A stretch of 64,000 nucleotides of DNA, from positions 384,001 through 448,000 of the forward strand of contig CBDBKM010000010.1 of NCBI GenBank assembly GCA_965206695.1. The letters are read 5' to 3'. The notes beneath the pieces were generated by a model. It was not told where the DNA came from. It did not search any database and worked only from the letters and a program-made list of their open reading frames with translations. The translations under genes and the position numbers were made by a program. Below, one piece after another: positions 47,479 through 57,596 of this stretch. This DNA comes from Chlamydiales bacterium (GTDB lineage Bacteria > Chlamydiota > Chlamydiia > Chlamydiales > JAAZZY01). How positions within the stretch are numbered: position 1 is the first letter of the stretch; each line of letters starts with the position of its first letter.

Positions 47479-48827
47479 TTGTCTAAATCTGATACAGGAC
47501 ATAATGTCCGTTACATATATGCGAGTGCTATTTTTGCTGCATTAGGCGGCTTGCTATTTGGATATGATACAGGGGTCATTTCAGGAGCTATTCTGTATAT
47601 TAGAGAAGATTTTCAATTAACTAACGTAGAAGTTGAAATGGTTGTCAGCGCTGTCTTATTGGGGGCCGTGATAGGAGCCTTTTTTGCCGGTAAATCGGCT
47701 GATTTTTTTGGCCGGAAATTAATGATCTTATTAGCCAGTATTTTATTTGTATTAGGGGCATTAGAAATGTCTTGGGCCACCGGAATGTATTGGGTTGATT
47801 TTTGGCCGTTTTGTCGTTGGATTCGCTATTGGTATGGCATCAATGACAGTACCTTTATACATAGCTGAGATTGCTCCGCCAAAAACTCGGGGAGCGTGTG
47901 TTTCTTTAAATCAATTAGCGGTAGCTATAGGTATTTTTGTTTCCTATTTAGTTAATTTTGGTTTTTCCGGTACCGGTGGATGGAGGTGGATGTTAGGTCT
48001 TGCTGCCATACCGGGTGTTATTCTTTTTATTGCCATGTTAATACTTCCTGAAACACCAAGATGGTTATTAAGTCGCAATCGGAAAGAAGATGCTATAAAG
48101 GTTTTAAAGCGCATTCATGATCCTTCTGTGATTGATAAACAAATACAAGAAATTGAAGATAGCCTTAGCATTCAGGAAGGAGGAATGAAAGAGTTGTTAA
48201 GACCGGGGGTGCGTAAAGCTCTATGGATTGGTCTGGGTCTTGCTGTTTTTCAACAGATTACAGGGATTAATACGGTATTATATTACGCTCCGACTATTTT
48301 AAAGATGTCGCTCTTTCACACCGATAAAGCAGCCTTAATTGCTACTATGGGCGGAGGCGCTGTTTTTGTTATCATGACTGTTGTTTGCGGTCTTGATCGT
48401 TGATAGGATAGGCAGGAGAAGGTGTCTTTTAATAGGCGTACTTGTTATGTCATTGGCTCTTATTATACTTGGCATAGCTATTCAGCAAGATATGCAGCCT
48501 ATATGGAAAGCTGTTTTGATAGTGGGTTCTCTATTTTTATACATCGGAGCCTTTTCAATTAGTTTAGGTCCTATCTTCTGGTTAATCATTGCTGAGATAT
48601 ATCCTCTAAAGGTAAGAGGGATTGCTATGAGCGTTGCTACCATGGCCAATTGGGCAGCCAATTTCCTTGTGGCGTTAACGTTTTTATCTCTTGCTTCAAG
48701 CATGGGTTTGTCTGAAACCTTTTGGCTATATGCAGCTATTGGTATAGTTTGTTATCTATTTGTTTACTTCTATGTTCCGGAGACCAAGGGAGAAACATTA
48801 GAGCAAATAGAAAAAAGATGGTTATAA
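47479..48827 (+). pseudogene. Sugar porter family MFS transporter with two +1 frameshifts (near 47793 and 48385)
   Basis: GGLLFGYDTGVISGA, PETPRWL, QQITGIN, EIYPL, PETKG spread across three ORFs. Confidence 0.88.
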
Positions 48828-48934
48828 GGAAATGAGCTGTATGGGTCAAAAAGCTAAAAGTGATGATATTACCTGGCCTTTTGAAGGTTTTGCCTATTTT
48901 GTATCCAAGCCCTCGCTTTGGCCATTACCGATTA

Positions 48935-49869
48935 TAGTATTTTAATTTTTATTTGATAATATGTTATCCTTCTTTTTTTATACAAACAGTAAGGACAAAA
49001 CAATGCCTAGAGCCTATTCAGTAGATCTTCGAGAGAAAGTATTACAACATATAGAAAAACATCATGATAAAAAAACAGCCGGCCATATTTTTCAAGTAGG
49101 TATCGCAACAATATATCGATGGATCTTGCAAAAAAAGCAAAAAGGACATTTAAAGCCAATCCGCAGAAAATATGCTTATAAGAAATTAGATGATGAGTTG
49201 TTATCTAAATATGTAGAAAAACATCCGGATTATTTTTTATCGGAAATTGCTGATTATTTTTCAGTCACTCCGCAAACGATTTTTTATGCCCTTAAAAGAT
49301 TAAAAATTACACGAAAAAAAAAACTACTCGCTATAAGGAAAGAGATGAAAAGAAACGGGAAGCTTTTATGAAAGATTTAAAAAATATTCCCTTTGACAAG
49401 AGAATTTATCTCGATGAAACCGGGATTCATCAATTTTTATTTCGTGAGTCCGGAAGAAGCTTACGCGGCAAAAGAGTTTTTGGAGCGGTTTCAGGAAACC
49501 GCTTTATAAGGCAAAATATTATTTCAGCCCTATCTAAAGGGCAGTTTTTATCTCCAATGTGTTTTGAAGGTACTTGTAATACCGGGTTATTCAATATTTG
49601 GCTTAAGGAAGTTTTGACTCCTCAGCTTACACCCGGTAGTGTTCTTATTCTTAACAATGCCGGTTTTCACAAGTCAGCGGAAAGCAGGAAAACAGTAGAA
49701 TCTGCCGGTTGTAAGCTTATGTTTCTTCCTCCATATTCTCCGGACTTAAATCCTATAGAAAAATATTGGGCTAATATGAAAAATAAAGTTAGAGAGATAT
49801 TACGAAAAGTTACGAATTTTAAATTCGCCATTGATCAAGCAATCTTATCAATATAAAATTAAATGACTA
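48935..49869 (+). mobile_element. IS630 type B, third copy; second catalytic Asp changed to Asn (LILNNA)
   Basis: Near-identical to 24882-25816, same IRs and A10 slip site. Confidence 0.93.
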
Positions 49870-49871
49870 TA

Positions 49872-50391
49872 AAGAGCGATGTTGAATATGACGTTATTTT
49901 AATCGATGCAACAGAAACGCGTATTGAAAGGCCAAAAAAAAACAGAAGTATTTTTACTCAGAAAAAAAGAAAAAATATACGCTAAAAACTTGGGTTGTTG
50001 TGAACAAGAAGACGCAACAAGTAATCTGTACGGCATTCTCGAATGGCAAGCTACATGATTTCAGATTATTCAAAGAGTCAAAAATACAAATCCATCCGGA
50101 AATAAATGTGTTGACTGATACCGGATATCAAGGTCTACAAGATATTCACTCTAAGACCCAAATGCCAAAGAAAAAAAGTAAAAAGAAGCCATTGACTAAA
50201 GAGGATAAGAAACGCAATCGACAGCTTTCCAAAGAACGAGTTCTCAATGAACATGTCATTGCCCGTTTAAAGCGATTCAAGATTATAACTGATCGTTACG
50301 GAAATAGGCGTAAAAGGTTTGCTCTTCGTTTTAATCTAATTGCCGGCATTTACAATTTGGAGGTGGCACAATGAGTTTCGAAAGAAGTCTA
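49872..50391 (+). mobile_element. IS5-family 3' half
   Basis: Matches 34862-35380 inverted; begins at an internal TA next to IS630. Confidence 0.88.
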
Positions 50392-50770
50392 TTGAATAAA
50401 TCTTAAATACCTGATTAAATTGGGAAATTCACGGTAATAATATTGGTGAATATAAGAATAAAAATGTTTGAAAGTTTTAAAGTTAGATTGCTGAAACATA
50501 ACTGTAATAGTCATCATTTCCGAAACTGACAATAAAGGTGCGGGTCCTCGTCTATTTTGTTTATTTTCAATAAGGTGTTTCACCCAATTTTTTTCGAAAA
50601 CTTTCCAAAAATCATCGATAGAGCAATATAGAGCAGTTAAATCTTTCATTTTTAGACCTTTTGTTAGTGTTTATCTTTTTGTCAAAATATTCTACAAAAA
50701 CAAAAGGTCTTTTGGCATTAAAAAATTTCTAACTTTATGAAATACTAAGGATTAAACCCAAAACTTAGGT
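50392..50770 (-). mobile_element. IS982-family 5' fragment, truncated by IS5
   Basis: MKDLTALYCSIDDFW, LSVSEMMTI, FKHFY, EFPNL. Confidence 0.8.
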
Positions 50771-50821
50771 TGTTAATATATTTTGTATACTATCCCTATC
50801 TTTTAGATCTACTTTGGAACA

Positions 50822-50924
50822 GTCGGTAAGTTAAGCCTTTGGAGATTATGTTAGACTAACTCTTTTGTTAGCCGTGGTCTGTGAATGAGAAATCCCTTCC
50901 CTTTAAGGGGTTGGGAGCTGTCAA
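50822..50924 (+). ncRNA. Orphan IS605 right end / candidate TnpB omega-RNA scaffold without tnpB
   Basis: Closely similar to 40412-40512 and 52945-53045; ends GGGAGCTGTCAA; no TnpB codons recognisable upstream. Confidence 0.6.
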
Positions 50925-50952
50925 AGAGGTAAAGAGTCTCAGATTAAGGGGA

Positions 50953-52299
50953 TTAATTCCAAAATTCTTCGATTTCTTCTAAAGATTTGCATTTAGTTTC
51001 CGGAATACGTTTAACGATGAACCATAGTCCGAATATGCCGATGAGGGCGTAGATCCAGAAAGTTCCGGTCTTACCTGCGGAATAAATGAGATCCAGGAAG
51101 GTAAGCGTGATAATGAAATTTACGGCCCAATTGACACAGACCACAATACCCATAGCCTTTCCTCGTATTTTCAGAGGATAGATCTCGGAATTGATTAACC
51201 AACCATTAACACCTAAACTAATGGCAAACGAACCGATGAATACCATTAGACTAATAAGGGATACCCAGCCCATTATTGCAGATTCTCCCATAAGGAGAAA
51301 GCCTAAGCCAAGAATAATAAGGCTAATGATAATACCACTCAGACCTAAGATTAAAAGAGGCTTTCTTCCCATTTTATCGATAAGCCAAAGAGCAACAATG
51401 GTCATAGCGACATTAACAATCCCTACCCAAACAGAGGCATAAATAGCTGCTTTAGTAGAGGTAAAAGCTGCCATTTTAAAAATTGTGGGAGCATAATAGA
51501 GAACACTATTAATACCTGTTGCTTGTTGTATAATAGTTAAACCCAAACCGGCAATTAGAGCAGGCCTTATTTTTCTGGAAATAAGCTCTGACCATTTGGA
51601 TGAATCTTCTTGCAGTCTCCTATCAATATGTTCTGTTTCCAGACGTGCATCATCAGAATTAGCTCTAAATCTCGTTAATATTTTTAACGCTTTATCTCGT
51701 CGTCCTTTACTAATCAACCAACGGGGGCTCTCAGGAAAGAACAGCATAATAATGAATTGAAGGGTCGCAGGGATAGCAGCAATAAAAAACATCGTTCTCC
51801 ATGCCAGGGTATTGGCTAGAATAAATCCTGCTACAAAAGCTAATAATATTCCGATTGTAATAAATAATTGGTTGATACTGACCAAAGCACCTCGGTGAGG
51901 AAATGGGGCCAGCTCGGCAATATACAAAGGGGCGGTAGCAGAAGAAGCGCCAATAGCAACACCGACAATTAATCTACCGATAATTAACCAATTAACATTA
52001 GGAGACCATGCAAGCATACAAGAGCTTAAGATAAAAAGAATACTGGATGCTAAAACAATCGTTTTACGTCCAAATCTATCAGATAAAGGGCCTGCTATAA
52101 GAGCACCGATTATTGCTCCGAATGAAATGATAGCGATAATAAGCTGTTCTTGGAAGATGGTTAGATAAAACTCTTTTTTGATGAAGAGTATCGCACCCGC
52201 AATAACTCCGGTGTCATAACCGAAAAGAAGGCCACCGATAGCGGCGGTACAACAAATCACAATTAAAGAAAACCGTTTTTTAAAAGATTCTAAAGGCAT
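50953..52299 (-). CDS. Sugar porter family MFS transporter, intact
   Basis: GGLLFGYDTG, DRFGRK, PESPRWL, QQATGIN, EIYPL, PETK. Confidence 0.95.
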   Translation of the reverse strand: MPLESFKKRFSLIVICCTAAIGGLLFGYDTGVIAGAILFIKKEFYLTIFQEQLIIAIISFGAIIGALIAGPLSDRFGRKTIVLASSILFILSSCMLAWSPNVNWLIIGRLIVGVAIGASSATAPLYIAELAPFPHRGALVSINQLFITIGILLAFVAGFILANTLAWRTMFFIAAIPATLQFIIMLFFPESPRWLISKGRRDKALKILTRFRANSDDARLETEHIDRRLQEDSSKWSELISRKIRPALIAGLGLTIIQQATGINSVLYYAPTIFKMAAFTSTKAAIYASVWVGIVNVAMTIVALWLIDKMGRKPLLILGLSGIIISLIILGLGFLLMGESAIMGWVSLISLMVFIGSFAISLGVNGWLINSEIYPLKIRGKAMGIVVCVNWAVNFIITLTFLDLIYSAGKTGTFWIYALIGIFGLWFIVKRIPETKCKSLEEIEEFWN

Positions 52300-52385
52300 A
52301 AAAATATAAGTTTAAGTATTGATATTCGCATCCTTGTTTAAAGTAGTATTTGTAGTCAATTTTTTTATACAATATGTGAAATAAA

Positions 52386-52642
52386 TATGATAAGGGTAGT
52401 GATGGCAAAACAAAGAATGCTCATTATCCGGAAATGCTTAAACCGATTCAAAATCAAGGTGTTAATCCCCAAGTGGTTGTTATGGATGCATGGTATTTCG
52501 GTTTAAAAAATTGAAAGTCTACCGGAGATATTGGGTTAAATTCTGTCACCGGTTTGCGTAACAATAGAAAAGTTAATCGAAATGTAAGTTTGGAAGATTT
52601 GGATATTCCGTATGAAGGACTAAGCATTCGCGTCAATCTAAA
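52386..52642 (+). pseudogene. IS701 transposase internal fragment
   Basis: Manual translation YDKGSDGKTKNAH...VVVMDAWY...LRNNRKV...LDIPYEG. Confidence 0.65.
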
Positions 52643-53045
52643 ACCAAACGATCATAATTGAAGGGTTATGTATAAAAAGCATGTTAAAAGATAGAAAATA
52701 TGCTAAATATATATGCGACGAAGGATGGAGCCGGTTTTTAACTTTTTTAAAATATAAAAGCGAGTGGTACGGAAGAAATATAGTAGAATTAGATCACTGT
52801 TTTCCCGGTACACAAAAGTTTTCTGCATGCAGTCATAAACAAGGGAAAATATCCCCCGACATAAGAACTTGGGAGTACTCAAATTGTAAAATTAAGCATG
52901 ACAGAGATTTTAATGCATCATATAATATATATACCGAAAGAGCAGTCGGTAATTTAAGCCTTTGGAGATTATGTTAGACTACCTCTTTTGTTATCTGTGG
53001 TCTGTGAATGAGGAATTCCTTCCCTTTAGGGTTGGGAGCTGTCAA
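52643..53045 (+). mobile_element. tnpB: TnpB C-terminal remnant with IS605 right end (omega-RNA region 52945-53045)
   Basis: Near copy of 40112-40512. Confidence 0.85.
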
Positions 53046-53059
53046 AAAATTGAGGTTAT

Positions 53060-54031
53060 ATGAAGCTTTATCCATTACTTATTAAACCGGTATACAAGGA
53101 TTATATTTGGGGAGGTAGTCGAATTATTGAAACCTATCATCGCCCCATGCCTCCGGGCATTTATGCAGAATCATGGGAAATTTCAGATAGAGAAGATGGA
53201 ATGAGTTTGATCAGTAATGGTTTGTATAAAGGAAAAAGTCTACATGAGTTAGTCGTTAGCTTTAAAGATGAACTGATGGGAAGAAAGTTGACCGGGTTCC
53301 CTCTTCTTATAAAAATTATCGATGCTAAGCAAAACCTTAGTGTTCAGGTTCATCCTGACGATGAAAAAGCCAAACTTCTGGGGTCGGAAGCAAAAACAGA
53401 GATGTGGGTTGTGTTAGATGCAGAACCAAATGCTGCTGTTTATGTAGGGTGTAAGCCTGAAATAACTCCTTTGGAGTTTAAACATGCAATCGGCAATAAT
53501 ACTGTTGAAAAAGTGATTAACAAAATAGAAGTTCAGGTAGGAGATGTCATTTATATTCCGGGAGGGATGATACATGCTATTGGTAGCGGATGTCTTTTAT
53601 ATGAAGTGCAGCAAAATTCGAATACAACCTATCGAATTTATGATTGGAATAGAGTCGGAAAAGATGGAAGGCCAAGACCGCTTCATTTAAAAGAAGCGTT
53701 TGAAGTCATCAAATGGGAAAGTGATAAAGACAAACTATTTAAGAAGGGTAAAACCATTGAAGAAAATGACAATGGTTTGAGAATATTAATGCTGAATTGC
53801 CCATACTTTAATATAGAACGTTTAGAAATTCGAGGTTTGTGGCTAATAAAAAAGAATACGAAAGATCCTATCATTTTTTTTATACAAGAAGGAGAAGTAG
53901 AGATCACTGTTGATGAGGGACGTGAAGTAGTATATAAAGGAATGAGTTGCTTGATTCCTGCCGCATGTCACTCTATTCGCCTAAACCCTAAAACTGAGCG
54001 GGTTACAATTTTAAAAACATGTATTCCTTAA
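53060..54031 (+). CDS. manA: Type I mannose-6-phosphate isomerase
   Basis: YIWGG, AESWE, PLLIKIIDA, LSVQVHP, KTEMW, HAIG, EVQQNSNTTYRIYDW. Confidence 0.93.
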   Translation: MKLYPLLIKPVYKDYIWGGSRIIETYHRPMPPGIYAESWEISDREDGMSLISNGLYKGKSLHELVVSFKDELMGRKLTGFPLLIKIIDAKQNLSVQVHPDDEKAKLLGSEAKTEMWVVLDAEPNAAVYVGCKPEITPLEFKHAIGNNTVEKVINKIEVQVGDVIYIPGGMIHAIGSGCLLYEVQQNSNTTYRIYDWNRVGKDGRPRPLHLKEAFEVIKWESDKDKLFKKGKTIEENDNGLRILMLNCPYFNIERLEIRGLWLIKKNTKDPIIFFIQEGEVEITVDEGREVVYKGMSCLIPAACHSIRLNPKTERVTILKTCIP

Positions 54032-54987
54032 GCCTGCGTCTTTCTATGACCATGAATGGCTAAAGTCAGCGCACTTAAGTCTCCAATTTTTTCTAAGCTG
54101 CTGGCTTCGAGTCGAAATTCCTTCAAGGGTCTTGACCAGCAATATTTCTTTAGGCTTTCTCTAAGAGGTAAGAGAAGCAGATCTTGAGCATGAATGGCAA
54201 TGGTGCCTAAGATAATTGCTTCCGGATTATATAGCATAACTAAGGTGCCAATGCCATGTCCCAATCTTTCAATAAAAGACTCCCAATATTTAATGGCAAA
54301 CGGGTCTTTTTCTTTTACGGCTTTTATAAGGACTTTCATATCGATTTTAGATATTTCATTTTCTGCAAGAGCGATCATTTTTGTTTCAATATTGTTATCA
54401 CGAATCCTCTTTTGGATGGATTTAGCTACAGGGCCTCCTCCACAATAAATTTCTAAACATCCTTTTAATCCACAGACACATTGAGGGCCTGTTGGGTCCA
54501 GTACCATATGACCAACTTCTCCGGCGGTATCACTATGACCTTGTATAAGGGCACCATTGGCAATGATCCCGCCTCCAACACCTGTGCTCATAGTAAGATA
54601 GAGGAGATTTTCACAACCTTTCGCGCTTCCGAATTCCCATTCAGCCAGAACACATGCATTTGCATCATTATTGATAAAGGTAGGAAGAGATAACTCTTGT
54701 TTAAGCAGTTTAACAATTTGAATATTTTCCCAGCCCGGTAAATTAGGGGGATTAAGAATTTTTTCTTCTTTTACAGACATGGGACCGGGAACGGATAAGC
54801 CAATAGCCGTAACATCGCTATAATGATCAATTAACTTTTTAGCGGCTTGAATAATGCGATCAAGGGCTTGTTTCGGTCCCGAGTGTGCTTGTGTGGGTAT
54901 TGTGCCGGATTCTACAATAGAACCATCTTCTAATCCCATGGATATTCCTATGTTAGTCCCGCCTATATCAATTCCTAAATAATGCAT
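54028..54987 (-). CDS. ROK-family sugar kinase (glucokinase-like)
   Basis: GIDIGGT, NDANA, STGVGGG, GEVGH, CVCGLKGCLE. Confidence 0.92.
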   Translation of the reverse strand: MHYLGIDIGGTNIGISMGLEDGSIVESGTIPTQAHSGPKQALDRIIQAAKKLIDHYSDVTAIGLSVPGPMSVKEEKILNPPNLPGWENIQIVKLLKQELSLPTFINNDANACVLAEWEFGSAKGCENLLYLTMSTGVGGGIIANGALIQGHSDTAGEVGHMVLDPTGPQCVCGLKGCLEIYCGGGPVAKSIQKRIRDNNIETKMIALAENEISKIDMKVLIKAVKEKDPFAIKYWESFIERLGHGIGTLVMLYNPEAIILGTIAIHAQDLLLLPLRESLKKYCWSRPLKEFRLEASSLEKIGDLSALTLAIHGHRKTQA

Positions 54988-55149
54988 TGTTTTAGCCTCT
55001 ATCTACTTCTTTATCTTATCCATATTTTTTCTAGCTATCACTTAATAGTGGAAAGAAAGCAAGTGGTTTGTTATCTTGCGTAATTCAATCAAATACCTAT
55101 TTTTAGAATGATAAACAATAAATGATTGCAAGAGTACGGGAGAATCTAT

Positions 55150-55812
55150 ATGAAGAGGCTTTTTAGCTTACTTAGCTTATCAATAATTTTAGTTAGTTGT
55201 ACAAGCGGACCTATTCAACCTTTGCGTTATCATGCAACGGGTATAGCTAAACCTGTAGTAGCCGTTCTTCCGATTATTGATATTACAGACTACCAATTGG
55301 ATTGGGATCTTTCTGATGAACTAACTGTAGGTATTTGTCAGCGTATGATTGACAGGGGGGCTTTATATTTGGCTCCTGAAGAGTCAATGAAAATTGCATT
55401 GAAGAGATTCGAAGGCGTAGATCTTATTGATACAGATGAAAATTTTATCCGGGATTTTGCTGCAAGTAATGAGTTTCTTGTTTTAATGGAGTTAATTGAA
55501 CATAAAGAAGTTCCTTATAATCGACAACGCATCAAGCCTATTTATCCCTCTGATGGTGAAATAGAAAATGTTTTGATGATGAAATTGCGAATAAAGGTAT
55601 TCGATTTAAGAAATGGTGTTCCTCAAATTATCTTACAAGAAATTGTACATAGTAATCATATGATGCCTAAAGCGCCCGTTTATTATGATTATAATAAAAT
55701 TAATTGGGGTAATGAAATTTATTCAACGACTCCAATAGGAAGAGCACATGCCCGCTTAGAAAGAGATGTAGCGGTGCAAGTCGAAAAATATATATCGGTT
55801 GCTAAAAGTTAA
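55150..55812 (+). CDS. Chlamydial CT253-like lipoprotein
   Basis: Lipobox LVSC, KPVVAVLPIID, WDLSDELT, TPIGRAH; upstream of a CPBP protease as in other chlamydiae. Confidence 0.7.
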   Translation: MKRLFSLLSLSIILVSCTSGPIQPLRYHATGIAKPVVAVLPIIDITDYQLDWDLSDELTVGICQRMIDRGALYLAPEESMKIALKRFEGVDLIDTDENFIRDFAASNEFLVLMELIEHKEVPYNRQRIKPIYPSDGEIENVLMMKLRIKVFDLRNGVPQIILQEIVHSNHMMPKAPVYYDYNKINWGNEIYSTTPIGRAHARLERDVAVQVEKYISVAKS

Positions 55813-55818
55813 GGGTTT

Positions 55819-56709
55819 ATGCCCCCAAATATTAATGAAAATCTATTAGAACAACACATTGCTATACTGTTGTTAGGGTTGTTTTTAGCAACACTATTCA
55901 ATTACTTTGCTTGGTATAGGAAGTATTACCAATTACCACCTTTGCATAGGGAAAAAGGTAATGTTTATCTATGGCAGGTGTTCGGTGCCTTTCTTGTCTA
56001 TTTAGCTTTTTCTTTTCTCTATCCTTTTACTATTCATTTATTTTTCAAAGTATTTGTACCTCAATATAGAGATATTCTAAAGGGAGTTTCATATATAAGA
56101 GGTTGGGTAAATATTGTCGGACTATTCCTTACATTCGGTGTCATGTTACTTTACTTCAATTTCCTAAGCGAAAAAAATCGGCAAGCGGTTTGGGGATATG
56201 GTCTTAAAGACGGAGCCCCTCGCTTTATTCATAATATTTTAATGGGTATTTTAACATGGGTTATCTCTTTTCCTATTGTTGTTGTTGTGGGACAGATCTG
56301 TTCGATAATCATTGATGTCTTAAAGTTAAGAACGGTTGAACAAATTGCTATAAGATATTTAAAAACAACATTACCCTATAAGGAACAATATATTATTACG
56401 GCGCTTCTTATAGTGTTTATTATTCCAATTATTGAAGAGTTATTATTTAGGGGTTTTTTACAAAATTTTCTTTCTAAGTGGCTCGGTAGAATCTGGGGAA
56501 TTGTTATTACATCTTTGATTTTTGCAAGCTTTCATTTCTCCATGACTCAAGCTTGGGAAAATTTAGAATTAATGATTTCTCTATTTGTTCTATCTTGCTT
56601 TTTAGGTTTTATTTACTTTAGACAACGATCATTGTGGTCTTCGATTGCTTTACATGGAACATTTAATGGTATTAGTATTTTAATGATGAGTTTTTCAAAA
56701 AGCGCATGA
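55819..56709 (+). CDS. CPBP (Abi/CAAX) intramembrane metalloprotease
   Basis: EELLFRG, FASFH, IALHGTFN. Confidence 0.9.
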   Translation: MPPNINENLLEQHIAILLLGLFLATLFNYFAWYRKYYQLPPLHREKGNVYLWQVFGAFLVYLAFSFLYPFTIHLFFKVFVPQYRDILKGVSYIRGWVNIVGLFLTFGVMLLYFNFLSEKNRQAVWGYGLKDGAPRFIHNILMGILTWVISFPIVVVVGQICSIIIDVLKLRTVEQIAIRYLKTTLPYKEQYIITALLIVFIIPIIEELLFRGFLQNFLSKWLGRIWGIVITSLIFASFHFSMTQAWENLELMISLFVLSCFLGFIYFRQRSLWSSIALHGTFNGISILMMSFSKSA

Positions 56710-56777
56710 AACTATGCGATGTGTTATATGCAAAAAGTTTTTTGAAAATATAGGGGTTATTGTAAGTGGTAATTAAA

Positions 56778-57521
56778 ATGTTTAAGACCGAATCATATGG
56801 TTTAACCGATATAGGCTCCGTTCGTAAGAATAATGAAGACGCTTGGGAAGAAATTCCTGAAGCGGGGTTTTATGTGTTAGCTGATGGTTTGGGTGGCCAT
56901 CAAAGTGGGGAGGTCGCTTCTTCAAAAGCAGTGAAGAATTTGATTTATGCTATTAAGAGAATTGAACAATTTAAATCCGATAATAGAACAGCCAAGGAGC
57001 TGGCTACCTTATTGCGATTTGCCATTAAAGAAACGAATCACCATATCCACCGGATGGGTCAAAATAGTGAAGAAATGACGGGTATGGCAACAACTCTTTG
57101 TTGTCTATATATTCATCAACAACAAATTATTTATGCTCATGTTGGAGATAGCCGTATTTACCGATTACGTAAAGGACGTCTCAATTTACTAACTAAAGAT
57201 CATACAGTAGTAAATCATTTGTTAAATAAAGGAGAAATTACTCCTGAAGAGGCCCGAAATTCTTCTTATCGAAACATCTTAACTAAAGCTGTAGGTATCG
57301 ATCTTACCATTGAGGCTGATGTCAATATTGAAGAAATTCAACATGACGATTTGTATTTACTTTGTTCTGATGGCTTAACAGATGCTCTGTCTTTCCATGA
57401 GATGGAAGAAATACTCTCTCTGTCTAAGACGTTAAAAAACAAAACATCAATTTTGATTAATAAAGCCAAAGAGAACGGTGGAGAAGACAATATCACTGCC
57501 TTATTAATAAAGATAATTTAA
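56778..57521 (+). CDS. PP2C-family Ser/Thr phosphatase
   Basis: RKNNED, LADGLGGH, HVGDSR, LCSDGL, GGEDNIT. Confidence 0.93.
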   Translation: MFKTESYGLTDIGSVRKNNEDAWEEIPEAGFYVLADGLGGHQSGEVASSKAVKNLIYAIKRIEQFKSDNRTAKELATLLRFAIKETNHHIHRMGQNSEEMTGMATTLCCLYIHQQQIIYAHVGDSRIYRLRKGRLNLLTKDHTVVNHLLNKGEITPEEARNSSYRNILTKAVGIDLTIEADVNIEEIQHDDLYLLCSDGLTDALSFHEMEEILSLSKTLKNKTSILINKAKENGGEDNITALLIKII

Positions 57522-57596
57522 CTCTTATTGTTCTTTTATCTTTTATTCTTTTTTTTTATACTTACCTACAAATCAGATAAAAAGTTGTCTTTTATT

